Assembly (NCBI RefSeq): GCF_001194135.2
Contig: NC_068984.1
Location: 132,582,256-132,646,255 of the forward strand
DNA length: 64,000 nt
Direction: 5' to 3'
Source: Octopus bimaculoides
Taxonomy: Eukaryota
Below, one piece after another: positions 12,674 through 24,458 of the stretch. The notes under the pieces were generated by a model. It saw nothing but the letters and a program-made list of their open reading frames with translations. It had not been told where the DNA came from and did no database searches. Both the position numbers and the translations under genes were made by a program. Numbering within the stretch: position 1 is the first letter of the stretch; each line of letters starts with the position of its first letter.

Positions 12674-15600
12674 GTATGTAGCTTCTTTCTCATATTTATT
12701 ATTAATATTGTCATTTAATTTCTGAATATCTTTACTCAATGTCTTGATGTATATTTCTATTTTTTTAAATTGTTGATTGCTCTTTTTTTTGTTTTTTAAT
12801 TGTGTTTTAATTGAATTATGCCCAAAGCATCGAATGATTTATTAGTCAAAAGAACTCAAATTGTTCCAAAGTTCTTGAGTTAGCGATTGTTTATTAGAAG
12901 TTGTAATTAGTTATTGCTTTTTATGTTTTTATGTTGATTTAAGAATAAATTTCTCTGTTGCAATGCTACGTTTTTTTTGTTGTTGTTTTTTTAGAAATCT
13001 GTAAATGGTTAATTCCTTTGCTTGTGAATTTAGCAGGTCACGATTTGGTGCAACGAACATTCTATCACCTTTTAACATATAAAAAATGTGAATTTAACAA
13101 TTTTTGTGTCGTTTTGAACGGCTAATATGTCTTCCACGCTGTGATCGTTTTAGTTTCCACTCACTCACGTATCAAATCACTTGCCGGTCATGTACCCCTC
13201 CGAAAAACATTTTTATTTCTGTACTAAATTAATTCAAACTTCGAAGCAAGATTTAAGAGATGATAGAAATTAAATTGTGAAACATTAGAAAATTAATATA
13301 AATGACTTTATTAATAGTAAGAAGTTATAAAATAGCTTTGTAGTTAGTTCGGACAATTACAGCCGTAAGTAATGTTATGGCCATATATCACGTGGAGTGT
13401 TTGGTGTAAATGTGTGGGCTGAGAAGTAAGAAATATTCGAGTTGTTTTAAATTACTCGGACAGATTGTTAATCTAGATCAGTCCTGATTGAACGATTTCT
13501 ATGATCAAAAGTGTTTCAGTTGTAATCTTCCTATCTTTTTTGTATATCTGGGGCTAACATTGTTCTGTAAAACAATAAGGATGTATTGTAAGGGAATTTG
13601 GCGGTATCCCACTGTCTTTGTATCCACATAAAGTCGGTGGTGGCGGGCAGCAATCTGTCATTAATGCCCATATTTTTAGTAAAATTTGAAGGGGATACGT
13701 TTTCGAATGCATGGATTATGGTTATGATTATTTTAAAAAAGAGTTCCAGACCGTTTTAATCATTCGGTAACTTATTAATTGTCTTTGCAAAGTGTAACGG
13801 GACACATTGCAATATTTCATTCAGAATGTAGGTAGAATTGTTCTTTAAGGTTTCTATGAGTGAATCGACTTGAAGAATCTTGACTTCAGCTTGCTGGGCG
13901 TAAAGAATCCACTTCCCCACCCAGCTCAAATTATTTAGGATAACAAAACTATTCCTTTGTGTCGTGCACCTTTTATTATAAAAATTTTAAGAAAACTAAC
14001 ATTTACTGTATTCCAAAATTAACTGATGCCGTGATTATATAGATAATATTGCAAAATATGTGGTTAGATATGCTATAAGTATAATGATAGCGTTGTTTAT
14101 CCAAGGTCAGCTCTGATCAAACAGACATGCTCAAAAGCTTTCTACCGTGAACATCTCATTTAAATCTGAGGGATTAATGATGGTGTGTTAGTGATCTGAT
14201 CTTATCTGAAAAATTACATCCCATCCCATCTCTAGGGTACCCTCTGAAGAATCGTCGCTTTCCCAGGCCTGAAGTCGTGATTCTTTACCTCTAGAGTGGG
14301 CTTATGTTAAATATGTCTGAGAACATCAAATAGAAATGAGGAAGGAGACATTCAGTTTAAGAACAGTAGAAATTTGTCAGGTGTAAAAGAAGACATTATC
14401 ATCATTAAACCAAAGGCATATCTGTGTGGTTTAAGTTTACTTCACAACCACATAGTTTGTGTTCAGTTTCACTGCATAGGACCTTAGGCAAGTGTCATTT
14501 ACTAAAGCTCTGGTCCAACCAAATCTTTATGAATGGATTTGGTAGGTAAAATCTGAAAGAAGCCTATTGTTTGTCTCTAAACAAACTTCACTGTCATATT
14601 TCATGAGACCTGTGCAAGCATGGATAAGTAGATGTTAAAATGATGATGCTATTAATACTGGTATCACTCTTTCTTTCAAACTATCAATATAGATAAAAAT
14701 TGGTTGAGCAAACCTTGGGATTAGAAATAAAAGAGGATAATTTTAATGTGAACATTTTCTAATACACCACTCTCCAAAAGACTCTGGTGTAGTGGTTCTT
14801 TAATGAACCTGAACTGGAAAGCTACTCTAACAATACACATGCAAAGAATATTCCACTAACTGAGAGGTGTTCACACACCATAATTAACATTTTCAAGGCA
14901 TTAGGAAAGTGAAGAATATCTTTCTATATCACACAGTCTACAAGCTTTCTTGTTTCTTAAATTGTAGCCAATACTTCTGATCTTTAACCAAAAGAATTCC
15001 TACTAACTTGCAGAACTATAACAGTCCTCTTAATAATCCAACTTCATTTGCTGCCCATATTACTTCTAACTACCAAAAAAATATACTCACAAACTGTGTC
15101 TCCACATTGTTTGCTTCATTTTCATGTGTGTGCAATTACAAAGTTGAGTCTGTATATGGATACTAAACCTACCAGAAAAAACTAAATCTCCCACAAATCA
15201 ACTCCTGCTGTCTTCAACAAAGGGATATGTGTGGTAATGTAAAGCTAGATACTCATATGGACAACCTTAGCATCACAGCAATATTGGCCCTTCAAGGGTT
15301 TAAGAAATGTATCACCTGAGCAAAGATAAGTTTTAAACCCACCGTGATGGTCAACAAATTCCATTTACCATCTCCTGCATTACAGAGCGATCAGTCAAGA
15401 GTGTGAACAAGCTTTTTGACTCAACTATGAAAGACTCTGCTACCATTTAAAAGTTCAGCTAAGACCGTGAAGCTAGCAGGCACCGGGCCTTGTTCTATCT
15501 ATATTGTATCTGGGTCCCAAGTTTTGTGACCTCTGCTTCTTGATAGATTCCACTGACAACAGTTGACTCCCTCAAAATGAAGATTGGTGGCTTTTTCTAC

Positions 15601-17877
15601 AGGTAGCTGGATCTTCCTCACAATGTCATAGCATCTAGCTTCTCCCATTCAATGGCTTGTGGGGTGCTGCAGAACAGAGACCAGAAGTTTTCCTCAGCTG
15701 GCATCGAGGTGAGGAAATGGAAGTGACAGTCATAGCTAAGGCAAAAGGTGCTGATAGACACCAGAGCAACAGTCTTAAGGGCGGAGGCTTAGAATATTTC
15801 CCAAAGACCCAGGGCAAGGTGACACACCATCTTATCAAGGAAGTGGTTTGTGTAAGATAAGGAGCAAGTGAGCAAGATAACGGGCCTCAAGCAACAAGAA
15901 GTATGGACAAAGGCCAGGAATGCTCACCAGAGGGGTCCTTTTTCATCATGACAATGCTCCAGCCCACACCTCAGTGGTTGCCATGGCAACAATTCGTGAT
16001 TGTGGATACAAACTTGTTCTCCATCCGCCTTATTCGCCAGACTTAGCCCCCTCTGACTTTCATCTATTTCCATAAATGAAAAAAAGCCCTGGCTGGTCGC
16101 CATTTTACCAGTGACAATGACGTCATAGACGCTATAGAAAGTTTCTTGGAGTTCCAAACAAAAGAGTTCTACGCCGGGATAATGGCACTTCAGCACCGCT
16201 GGAGAAAGTGTTCAGCCATCGAGGGGGACTATGTTGAAAAATAAATCATCAGAAGTCTTGTACCATGTTTTGTTTTTTTGAGGCTCAAGACTTTTCAGAC
16301 ACCCCTCGTATGCTTGGACTTGTACCATAGCTGCCCAGCTGAATTCCCTCTTCCTGCAATTCTCCATTTAATTTTTGCTGGATTAAAATTAGTGTTATCT
16401 TCATTCTCCCCTTTTGAAAGCAATTTCCAGGACTTCTAATGACTTTTTATCTCATTCCAGTTAAAATTTCAATTGATTAAAAATATCTTTGACTTATTAC
16501 TTCTGTGTGCTAGCTGACAATGAACTCTATTTATTGTATATTAAAGCTTAGTTAGCTAGCGACTTGTCTTCTGAGGAGCCAACACAACACTAGCAGTGTT
16601 CCAAGGGTAGAGGGTGTTCTACAATACATGTTTCGTCAATATAATCTGTTTTCCTGTACAGTAATTTTTTTTTTATTCACAGGTGGGAAAAAGAAGCCTT
16701 TAAAGGCCCCTAAAAAGGATTCCAAAGAATTAGATAATGTAAGGAATTTAATTTTTTTAAATTTAAATCATAAAAGCTTGTGCATTAAACTTGTACACAT
16801 GAACATGTTGTCTGGTGTCAGATTTGTGCAGTTCTTTGGTATTACCACCTTCTATTTCTGTTGTTTTCTAATATGATGTATTTTATCTATTTGGCAGGAG
16901 GATGTAGCATTTAAGCAAAAGGAGAAAGAAAAAGAAAAAGCTTTAAAAGATGCAAGGGCTAAAGCAACTCAGAAAGGCCCAATGGGTATGTATGTCGCTG
17001 AATATTGATTATGTTGGTGAACATTAGAAAAAAATAATAGGAAGATTCTGGTGAATGTTTTAAAGATGTCATGTCATGTCATATACACTTTTTTAATATG
17101 GTTAGGGATAAAATATTTTATAAACAAGAGGATGTATGAGATATATCTTTGGTGGTTTGTGAGGAGGACGTAATGCAAGGTGATCTTTGTGTAGCAGTTG
17201 AATCTGTTTTGAAAGAGATTAGATTGTCATAATTACATGAAAATGGATTGGTTGCATAATTCTGTGTTTTGGGACAAATATCTGAGACAAGCTGAGAGGT
17301 GTTTACCATAATTGGACATTTTCAAGGTTATTAGGGAAGCAAGGGTTATCTTCCTGTGTCACAGTCTATACAAGCTTTCTTGTTTACTAAATTGTAGCCA
17401 GTGTCTCTGATATTTAATCAAAAGAGTCTCTACTGTTATATTTTCCCTTTAGCATTCATTTTACTGTCAATTGTAAAGCTTATTTATACACATTGTTTTG
17501 AATTAATCCTGCATTATCTCATAACTGAGATTTTGCTGATGTGCTTGTCTATCTTTAGAATTATATTGTAGAGTAGAAGTGAGAGGCTGGATATGGCCAG
17601 TTTAAATGCTAAAGGGTTAATAAAGTATTATGAAGATACATTATAGGCGTAGGAGTGGCTGTGTGGTAAGTAGCTTGCTTACCAACCACGGTGCTCCAGC
17701 ATGACCACAGTCAAATGGCTGAAACAAGTAAAAGGGTCTTTGTAGTTTTATAAAATGTTAAAGAAGAATGTATGTTGAAGTGTTTGGAATGATGATGATG
17801 ATGATTAGCTTTGTTACAAAATGTAAATCTTTTTCATTTCAGGTGGAGGTGGCATAAAGAAGTCTGGAAAACGGTAG
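12658..17877 (+). CDS. TMA7: Translation machinery-associated protein 7, 4 exons, 64 aa
   Basis: join(12658..12673,16683..16738,16898..16985,17843..17877), all GT-AG with matching phases, gives [64 protein letters not shown], the typical TMA7 sequence. Confidence 0.95.
15911..16308 (+). mobile_element. Mariner (DD34D) 3' fragment with right TIR, in TMA7 intron 1
   Basis: GVLFHHDNAPAHTS...HPPYSPDLAPSDFHLFP* (34 residues between the two Asp), RWRKC..EGDYVEK*; ends cttttcagacacccctcg|TA. Confidence 0.92.
16683..16738 (+). CDS. TMA7: TMA7 exon 2
   Basis: ttcacag|gt ggg aaa aag aag cct ... gat aat|gtaagg = [19 protein letters not shown]. Confidence 0.95.
16898..16985 (+). CDS. TMA7: TMA7 exon 3
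   Basis: ggcag|gag gat gta ... cca atg g|gtatgt = [29 protein letters not shown]. Confidence 0.95.
17445..17616. mobile_element. piggyBac-like MITE in TMA7 intron 3
   Basis: ccctttagcatt ... aatgctaaaggg|TTAA. Confidence 0.65.
17843..17877 (+). CDS. TMA7: TMA7 exon 4 (terminal)
   Basis: tttcag|gt gga ggt ggc ata aag aag tct gga aaa cgg tag = [11 protein letters not shown]. Confidence 0.95.
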
Positions 17878-19391
17878 TGCCAACCCATTAGCAGTGATTG
17901 GCTTCTACTGTTTTCAGCTGCAGATTCATGATTTTCATTTGGATATAAATATTTTTATTTTAAATAAGTCTTCTGTTTTCATTTTGAATTTAGAAGCATT
18001 TCTGATCAACTTTTCAACTTGATGTCCTGAATTAAACATTAAATTTTCGAACCATACTTCAACCTGTGGACCATAATTTTACTAATTATTCTGCCTTTGT
18101 GAATTTGCATATCTGTATTGCTTTTTTTTTGAGATTTAGTTTACCTAAGTAAAAATTGTTAAACCTTCACCATCAACATTTTAGGTCCACTTTTGCATGT
18201 TGGACCAAGTCAGTTCTTTTGTGAAGTTGATGCCTTCCTCCTGAAAGAAGGACATATACAGCTTTTAAACCATTTCTTTGATAATTCGTTCCAGATTTGC
18301 AAAAAATTTAATGTACGGCAATTGTCATTATCATCATCAACAACAGCATTTAACTTCCATTTTCCCTGCTGGCATGGGTTGAATGGTTTGACAGATCCCA
18401 GCAAACCATAAGGCTGCATTAAGCTTCAATGTTAGTTTTTGATGTGGTTTCTATAGCTGGATACCCTTTCAACCATTTTACAGTGTGTGCTGGGTACTTT
18501 TTTGTGCTACCAGCACTGGCGAGGTTACCACGTCATGTAACCCCTCATTACTTTTTATTGTTTGGAATTTTCAGAAAATTTTTGCAAATTTGTATCCTAT
18601 GCACAGGAATTCATACACCAAATATGAAATCACTTGGAATAAAAATTGAAAAGATTCTACAGTCCTATTCAAGAGGAGAAACTAAAAATAATTCAAGTAT
18701 CCAGTTGGGATGGACGCAACATTGTTTTTGTCCATACCATATTCAATTATTTTTTGCCAGCCAAGTAAACTGGAGCTATAGCTAATAGAACTGCTTTCCT
18801 CAAAGCTATCGTAGGATTTTTTTTCTCTTACTGTCATTGCAAGCAAGGCTATGGTGCAGTCAGTCTCCACTTGAACCTGTTTGATTTTGCTTATACAATT
18901 GACATATCTCCATAAATACTATGCTTTTTAGCTAGTCCAAAATTTAAAAGAAACTACCCACCATTTAAATTTGAAGAGAGAGAGAGCAATGCACAGGTTT
19001 CTGGTCTGAAGAACAGTTTAGGTGATAGAATGTCACAAAAGCAGTTGGTCTAGTTGTATTACAAATAAAAACGGAATGGACTGAATTACAACATTCTTCA
19101 ATAATTGAAAGCTTCTTAGTTGGAGAAAACAAACAGCATTAATTAGCAACTCTAAGAGAAGTGAAGATAATTTTAAGAAATTAAGAATGACATGCATAAG
19201 GAAAAGACTGATCAAAATTTCATTTTTATTTTTGCAATCTATGTCAAAAGTATTGTCAAGTGATGGAAACAGGCTTGATTATAGTATATTGATGTTGTCC
19301 ATTAAGACTGAAACATGTCCATAGTAGTCTTCTTCCCTGCAAAAATCACGTTTACCCCTTCAGTTTTCTTGGTCTTATGACTGAGAGTAGT

Positions 19392-19749
19392 GGAGGTGCA
19401 ATGGCCCAGTGGTTAGGGCAGCGGACTCGCGGTTTTGATTCCCAGACCGGGCGTTGTGGGTATTTACTGAGCGAAAACACCTAAAGCTCCACGAGGCTCC
19501 GGCAGGGGATAGTGGCGAACCCTGCTGTACTCTTTCACAACTTTCTCTCACTCTTACTTCCTGTTTCTGTTGTACCTGTAATTCAAAGGGTCAGCCTTGT
19601 CACACTGTGTCACGCTGAATATCCCTGAGAACTACGTTAAGGGTACACGTGTCTGTGGAGTGCTCAGCCACTTGCACGTTAATTTCACGAGCAGGCTGTT
19701 CCGTTGATTAAATCAACTGGAACCCTCGACGGAGTGCCAACAACAACAA
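19392..19749 (+). mobile_element. tRNA-derived SINE family A, full length
   Basis: Near-identical to 37651 copy; TSD ctgagagta (19381-19389 / 19753-19761). Confidence 0.92.
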
Positions 19750-20319
19750 TACCTGAGAGTATCTTGTATTTCTACAAGGTTACCATTCAACTCTGCTGTC
19801 ATCTTTTGGATTGGTGCCTCTGAATGCCTTGCTTGACTAAATTCAAAATCAAATTAACACAGTTGGTCCTCTTCTTTCTACTAGGTTAGAGTCTTCGGCT
19901 CATCATCATAGTGTATCTTCATTGCCATTGTTCTCTAATGAACTTTCTGGTCAAGTACCCACCGTCAAGATCTTTAAATATATCCTCACTTGATTCTCTT
20001 CCCAGGTTCATCATTTCTCTGTTGAGCTTTCTGTTAGTCATAAATCCTTTTATTCTGATAACTTTTATCCTTGAACTGCTTCTGAGCAACTCACAACCAT
20101 CACGTTTTCCTTTATATTTGGGCCTTTTGAATTCTCAGGTCCCTTACAATAGTGGCCTCAAGTTTTGTTTGGGAAAAATTAAGAAAATGTAACTTGACAA
20201 GATTACTTGGTCTTTTGAAATCATACCTGCCACCTTTGAGAATATCTGCTAGGTTGTTTTTTTGTTTCCTTTCCCCAACTTAGGAAATTTCAATGGATTT
20301 TCTTTTCCTTTTTTTTTCT

Positions 20320-20350
<31 letters not shown>

Positions 20351-22630
20351 CATTCAGTACATGGCACTATAACTTTTTTTTAAATCCAGCAAGCTTCCAC
20401 ACAGTCATTATCGAAAGTCTAAACTTTCAAACAATGAACTTGTATAATTTCTGCAGTCTATTTTTGAAATTATGTCAATTTAACATGGTTGTTTTCTTGT
20501 GAGTAAAACTAATTAACTTAAACAGTCAAATTTCTAAAGTATTGTTGTACTGAATGGCAAGTGTAGAACAAAAATCTCTAAACTTGGCTTAAAAGAAAAT
20601 AATTAAAATCTAATTTAAGAAAGTAGAATAAAACTTTAATTAATTACAGTTCAATTAGTACAGGGCCAACTAAAATCTGATATCCTGAAATTAATCTTAT
20701 TCTGAGGTTGAAAGTAATTATAGTAAGAAGAATAGTGTCCCTGATCTTTTTACAGTCCAGGTAAATTAATTTCAAATTTTGGCACACGGCCAGCAGTTTT
20801 GAGCATGGAGGTAAGTTGATTACATTGACCTGAGTGTTTAACTGGTACTTAGTTTATTGATCCCAAAAGAATGAAAGGCAGAGTTGATCTCAGCAGAATT
20901 TGAACTCTTTGCATAGTTTGTCATAGGTTCTGAATTCAAAAAACAAAACTAATTTGGTGCCCTGTTTCAGATAATATTCTTAGATATATGAAGTATACAA
21001 ATTTCAAGATCTAGTTCTGTGTGCTTCCAATATCTTTAAATTATGCCTTAAAGTACAATTGTCTGTCATTAACTACTTAGTGTGTTCCTTTCAATTAGGA
21101 ACATTGCTAGACAGTTGAAGATGGATGTGGACAACCACTTAGAGAAGAAATAAAGCAAGTTGGAAATCATTTTAATGAGTGGTAAGCAGTTTGCTTCCCA
21201 GCCACATGGTTTCAGGTTCTATTCCATTGTGTGGCACATTGGGCAAAATTCTTGTACTACAGCCCCAGAGTGATCAAGCCTTATGAGTGAATTTGACTGA
21301 CAGGAACAGAAAGAACCCTATCATGCAATATATATATATATACACACACACACGTGTTACTGTCTCCTTGCCTTGACATCATGTGATAGTTGTTAAATGA
21401 ATGTCACTGTTATAAGAACAGTTTCCATTCCTAATCTTTCATGAAAACGTCTGTGCATAGGGAAGTATTACCTTGGGAACAGGTAAAGGTTGGTGACAGG
21501 AAGGGCATCCAGCCACAGAAAATCCACCTCAGCAATCTCCATCTGACCCATGTGAGCATGGAAAAATGGACATTCAAAAACAATGAGAATAACAGACTCC
21601 CAGTACAATTAGCTTCAATAGCTTACCTTTCAATTTATAGCATGGAACATTCTAATCATTAAGATTAGATTCAGATTTTTAGAGGTGTTGACTTGTTTGT
21701 CATTGTCTAAAAGAAAACAAAATAGTGGCTACCATAAATTGAAACCAATCACTGGATTAGTCTAACCCTTTAGTATTTAAACCAGCCAAAAAATTCCACC
21801 TGTTTCATGTTAAAACTGGCCATATCTGGCCTCTTTCAGCTACCTTACAATATCATTATAAAAATAAAGAATTACATCACGAAGCTCTTGAAACTAAGAG
21901 GTAATGCATGATTAATTCAAAAACAATATTAATAAATAAGCATTACATTCGAAAGTAATCTGAATGCTAAAGAGTTGAACCAAAGAAATAATTCACAAAA
22001 TAGGGAAAATAAATTAATAGTACCAAAGGTTTTGCTTTAACTGGTAAAGTGAAACAATTACATTTTTCATTGCATATCCAGTAAAAGATCTGTATACAAG
22101 ACTTCAGCAGTTCCTTGACCAAAATATGTGGTGCTCAGTTATTCTGTAGCACATATTTACTGCTAGGTGCACAGACTAGTATAGTTAATTACTGCAAGCA
22201 GATAATTTTATTGATTTTATTAAGCTCGTTTAGTTCTGCAACAGCCACCAGACATTTTGTTTGCATTCAACTGTTCAAAGAAAGAAAGCTCATCTGACTT
22301 TCAGTTTGCTTCCCAAAAAGATGTGTATCTGAAGCTTCGAGAGCTATGGGTGACGTTATTGGGTTATAGCAGTGGAAAAGGCTAGCCACTGAATTTGGTT
22401 AAAAAGAGACGATGAGCGATGGCTAGAAGAATATCGAGCTTTATTTGATAACCAGTTGATCTAGCAAGCAGGGCCTCATATTAGTGAAGGTGTGCAGTGA
22501 TGCCATCAAGAGGTAGGCCCTGAAATGGCACACATTCTCTCCTGATGACCCTATACACTAGCTGGCTTCTGGTATGTGGAGCTTTCGACTGGTAGCACTT
22601 GCATCTGCAAGTTGTTTGCAAAACAACATA

Positions 22631-22789
22631 TATATATCTGAAAAAAATGAATAGAAATGGCTTTTCTGATAATTTTTCCACTTTAATAATTACAAAAGGT
22701 AAAAACTGTTTGTAAATTTATAAACATCTAATTATTAATGTGGAAAATTTATGAGAAAAGCCATTTCTATTCATTTTTTCAAATATATA
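22631..22789. repeat. AT-rich foldback inverted repeat (~55-60 bp arms)
   Basis: gaaaaaaatgaatagaaatggcttttctgataatttttccactttaataatta versus taattattaatgtggaaaatttatgagaaaagccatttctattcattttttc. Confidence 0.9.
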
Positions 22790-23624
22790 ATACTGTACAA
22801 AGGACATTTTATTTCTTATTCTAGTATATATATATATAATACAAATCATATGTGAGCATATGCATATATACATACATATATGTACATACCTACATCTAAA
22901 TGTATATATAGATGCATATCCAGGTACAGGACATAAAAAAAGGAACTTTTTTTACGGACAACAGAATGAACACATAGACAAGCCACATATGGAACTTTTC
23001 CTTCATCAGCTGCCTCTATTCTAAACTAGGCATTTCGAGACATTTATGTATGTATATATATATATATACAGACATTTATGTATGTATATATATATATATA
23101 CAGACATTTATGTATGCATATGCGTATTTACTCGTCTTGACAGCATGGTTGTAAACAGGTATCACTGTCATACAAGCAACGTTTATTTCGAGTCTGATTG
23201 GAAACAGATGAGGGTTGGTGACAGGAAGAGCATCCAGCTGTGGAATATCTACCTCAACAAATTCCACCTGTCCCATGCAAGCATAGAAAAGTGGTCATTA
23301 TAAGACAATGTTGAAATAATTCAAGCAGTGGCAATAAATGTTGAACTGTGAGGAGCATGTCAAACATTTGTCTTATAAACCTGCTGTTTGAAATTTAATC
23401 AATTCCCCAGGTGAAGTGAAATGATTAATCAGAGAATCAAAGCAAGGATGTCACATCTGCTGGTTATAAATTTTACATCTAACTCTCCAATACTCATCAT
23501 ACATTTCGCACAATTTTACACAACACATTTTTCAAATTTCATAGAATTTTAATTTAAATTTGCAAAACAGGTACTTAGCGTATAAAGATTTCAAAATATT
23601 AAACATACAAAAAATGGTCTTTTT

Positions 23625-23669
23625 CTCTTTATATATATATATATATATATATACATATATATGCATAAC

Positions 23670-23718
<49 letters not shown>

Positions 23719-23905
23719 TAACATATATATATATATATACATACAAATAACATATATATATACATAACATATACATATATATACACATATAATCATATAC
23801 ATATATATATATATATATATATACACATACATATATATACACACACACACATGTACATACATATATACACTTTATATATGTGTATATATATATATGCATA
23901 TATAC
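23625..23905. repeat. Compound (TA)n/(CA)n microsatellite
   Basis: Direct reading; similar tracts at 601-653 (GATA)n, 1036-1091, 12365-12475, 28786-28981, 60606-60710. Confidence 0.95.
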
Positions 23906-24262
23906 ATAACAAATACAAGAACTATTTTTATTTTACTCAAATAAAAGTAGCTCTGAAATTTATAAATATTCTCAGCATTTATAATTGAAAATTCTTCCTT
24001 CCCATACAAATTCATGAGCAATTAACATTTCTTTTCTTGCTGATTTGTTTTCGATATATATATATATGTATGTGTGTGTGTGTGTGTATCATCATCATCA
24101 TCATCGTTTAACGTCCGCTTTCCATGCTAGCATGGGTTGGACGATTTGACTGAGGACTGGTGCAACCGGGTGGCTACACCAGGATACACACACACACGCA
24201 CAAATGTTTATGTACAAGAAAAAGAGGGAGAAGAATTTTGGAACTGTGATGATGACATCAGT

Positions 24263-24458
24263 TTAAGGAGGAACCATGTTCATATTCATTGATGTGGACA
24301 AAATGTGGTTACGGTATTGAACACTTAAACCAGTCATCCAGAACTTTAGCAACTGTTTGTCTTCTTCTTTGGCACCAACTACTTGCAGAAGTTTCTTCAT
24401 GTCGTCTTCTGACCGGCTGCCACCAGCTTTGGTGAACTTGAATAAAACCTTTACTTTG
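24263..24458 (-). CDS. FLCN: FLCN coding exon 9 (terminal)
   Basis: cag|(N)[64 protein letters not shown]. Confidence 0.96.

Noticed and set aside
23532-23899. YI/VC-repeat ORFs and X-filled ORFs throughout the window
   Set aside because: Translations of (TA)n/(TG)n microsatellites or N-gaps
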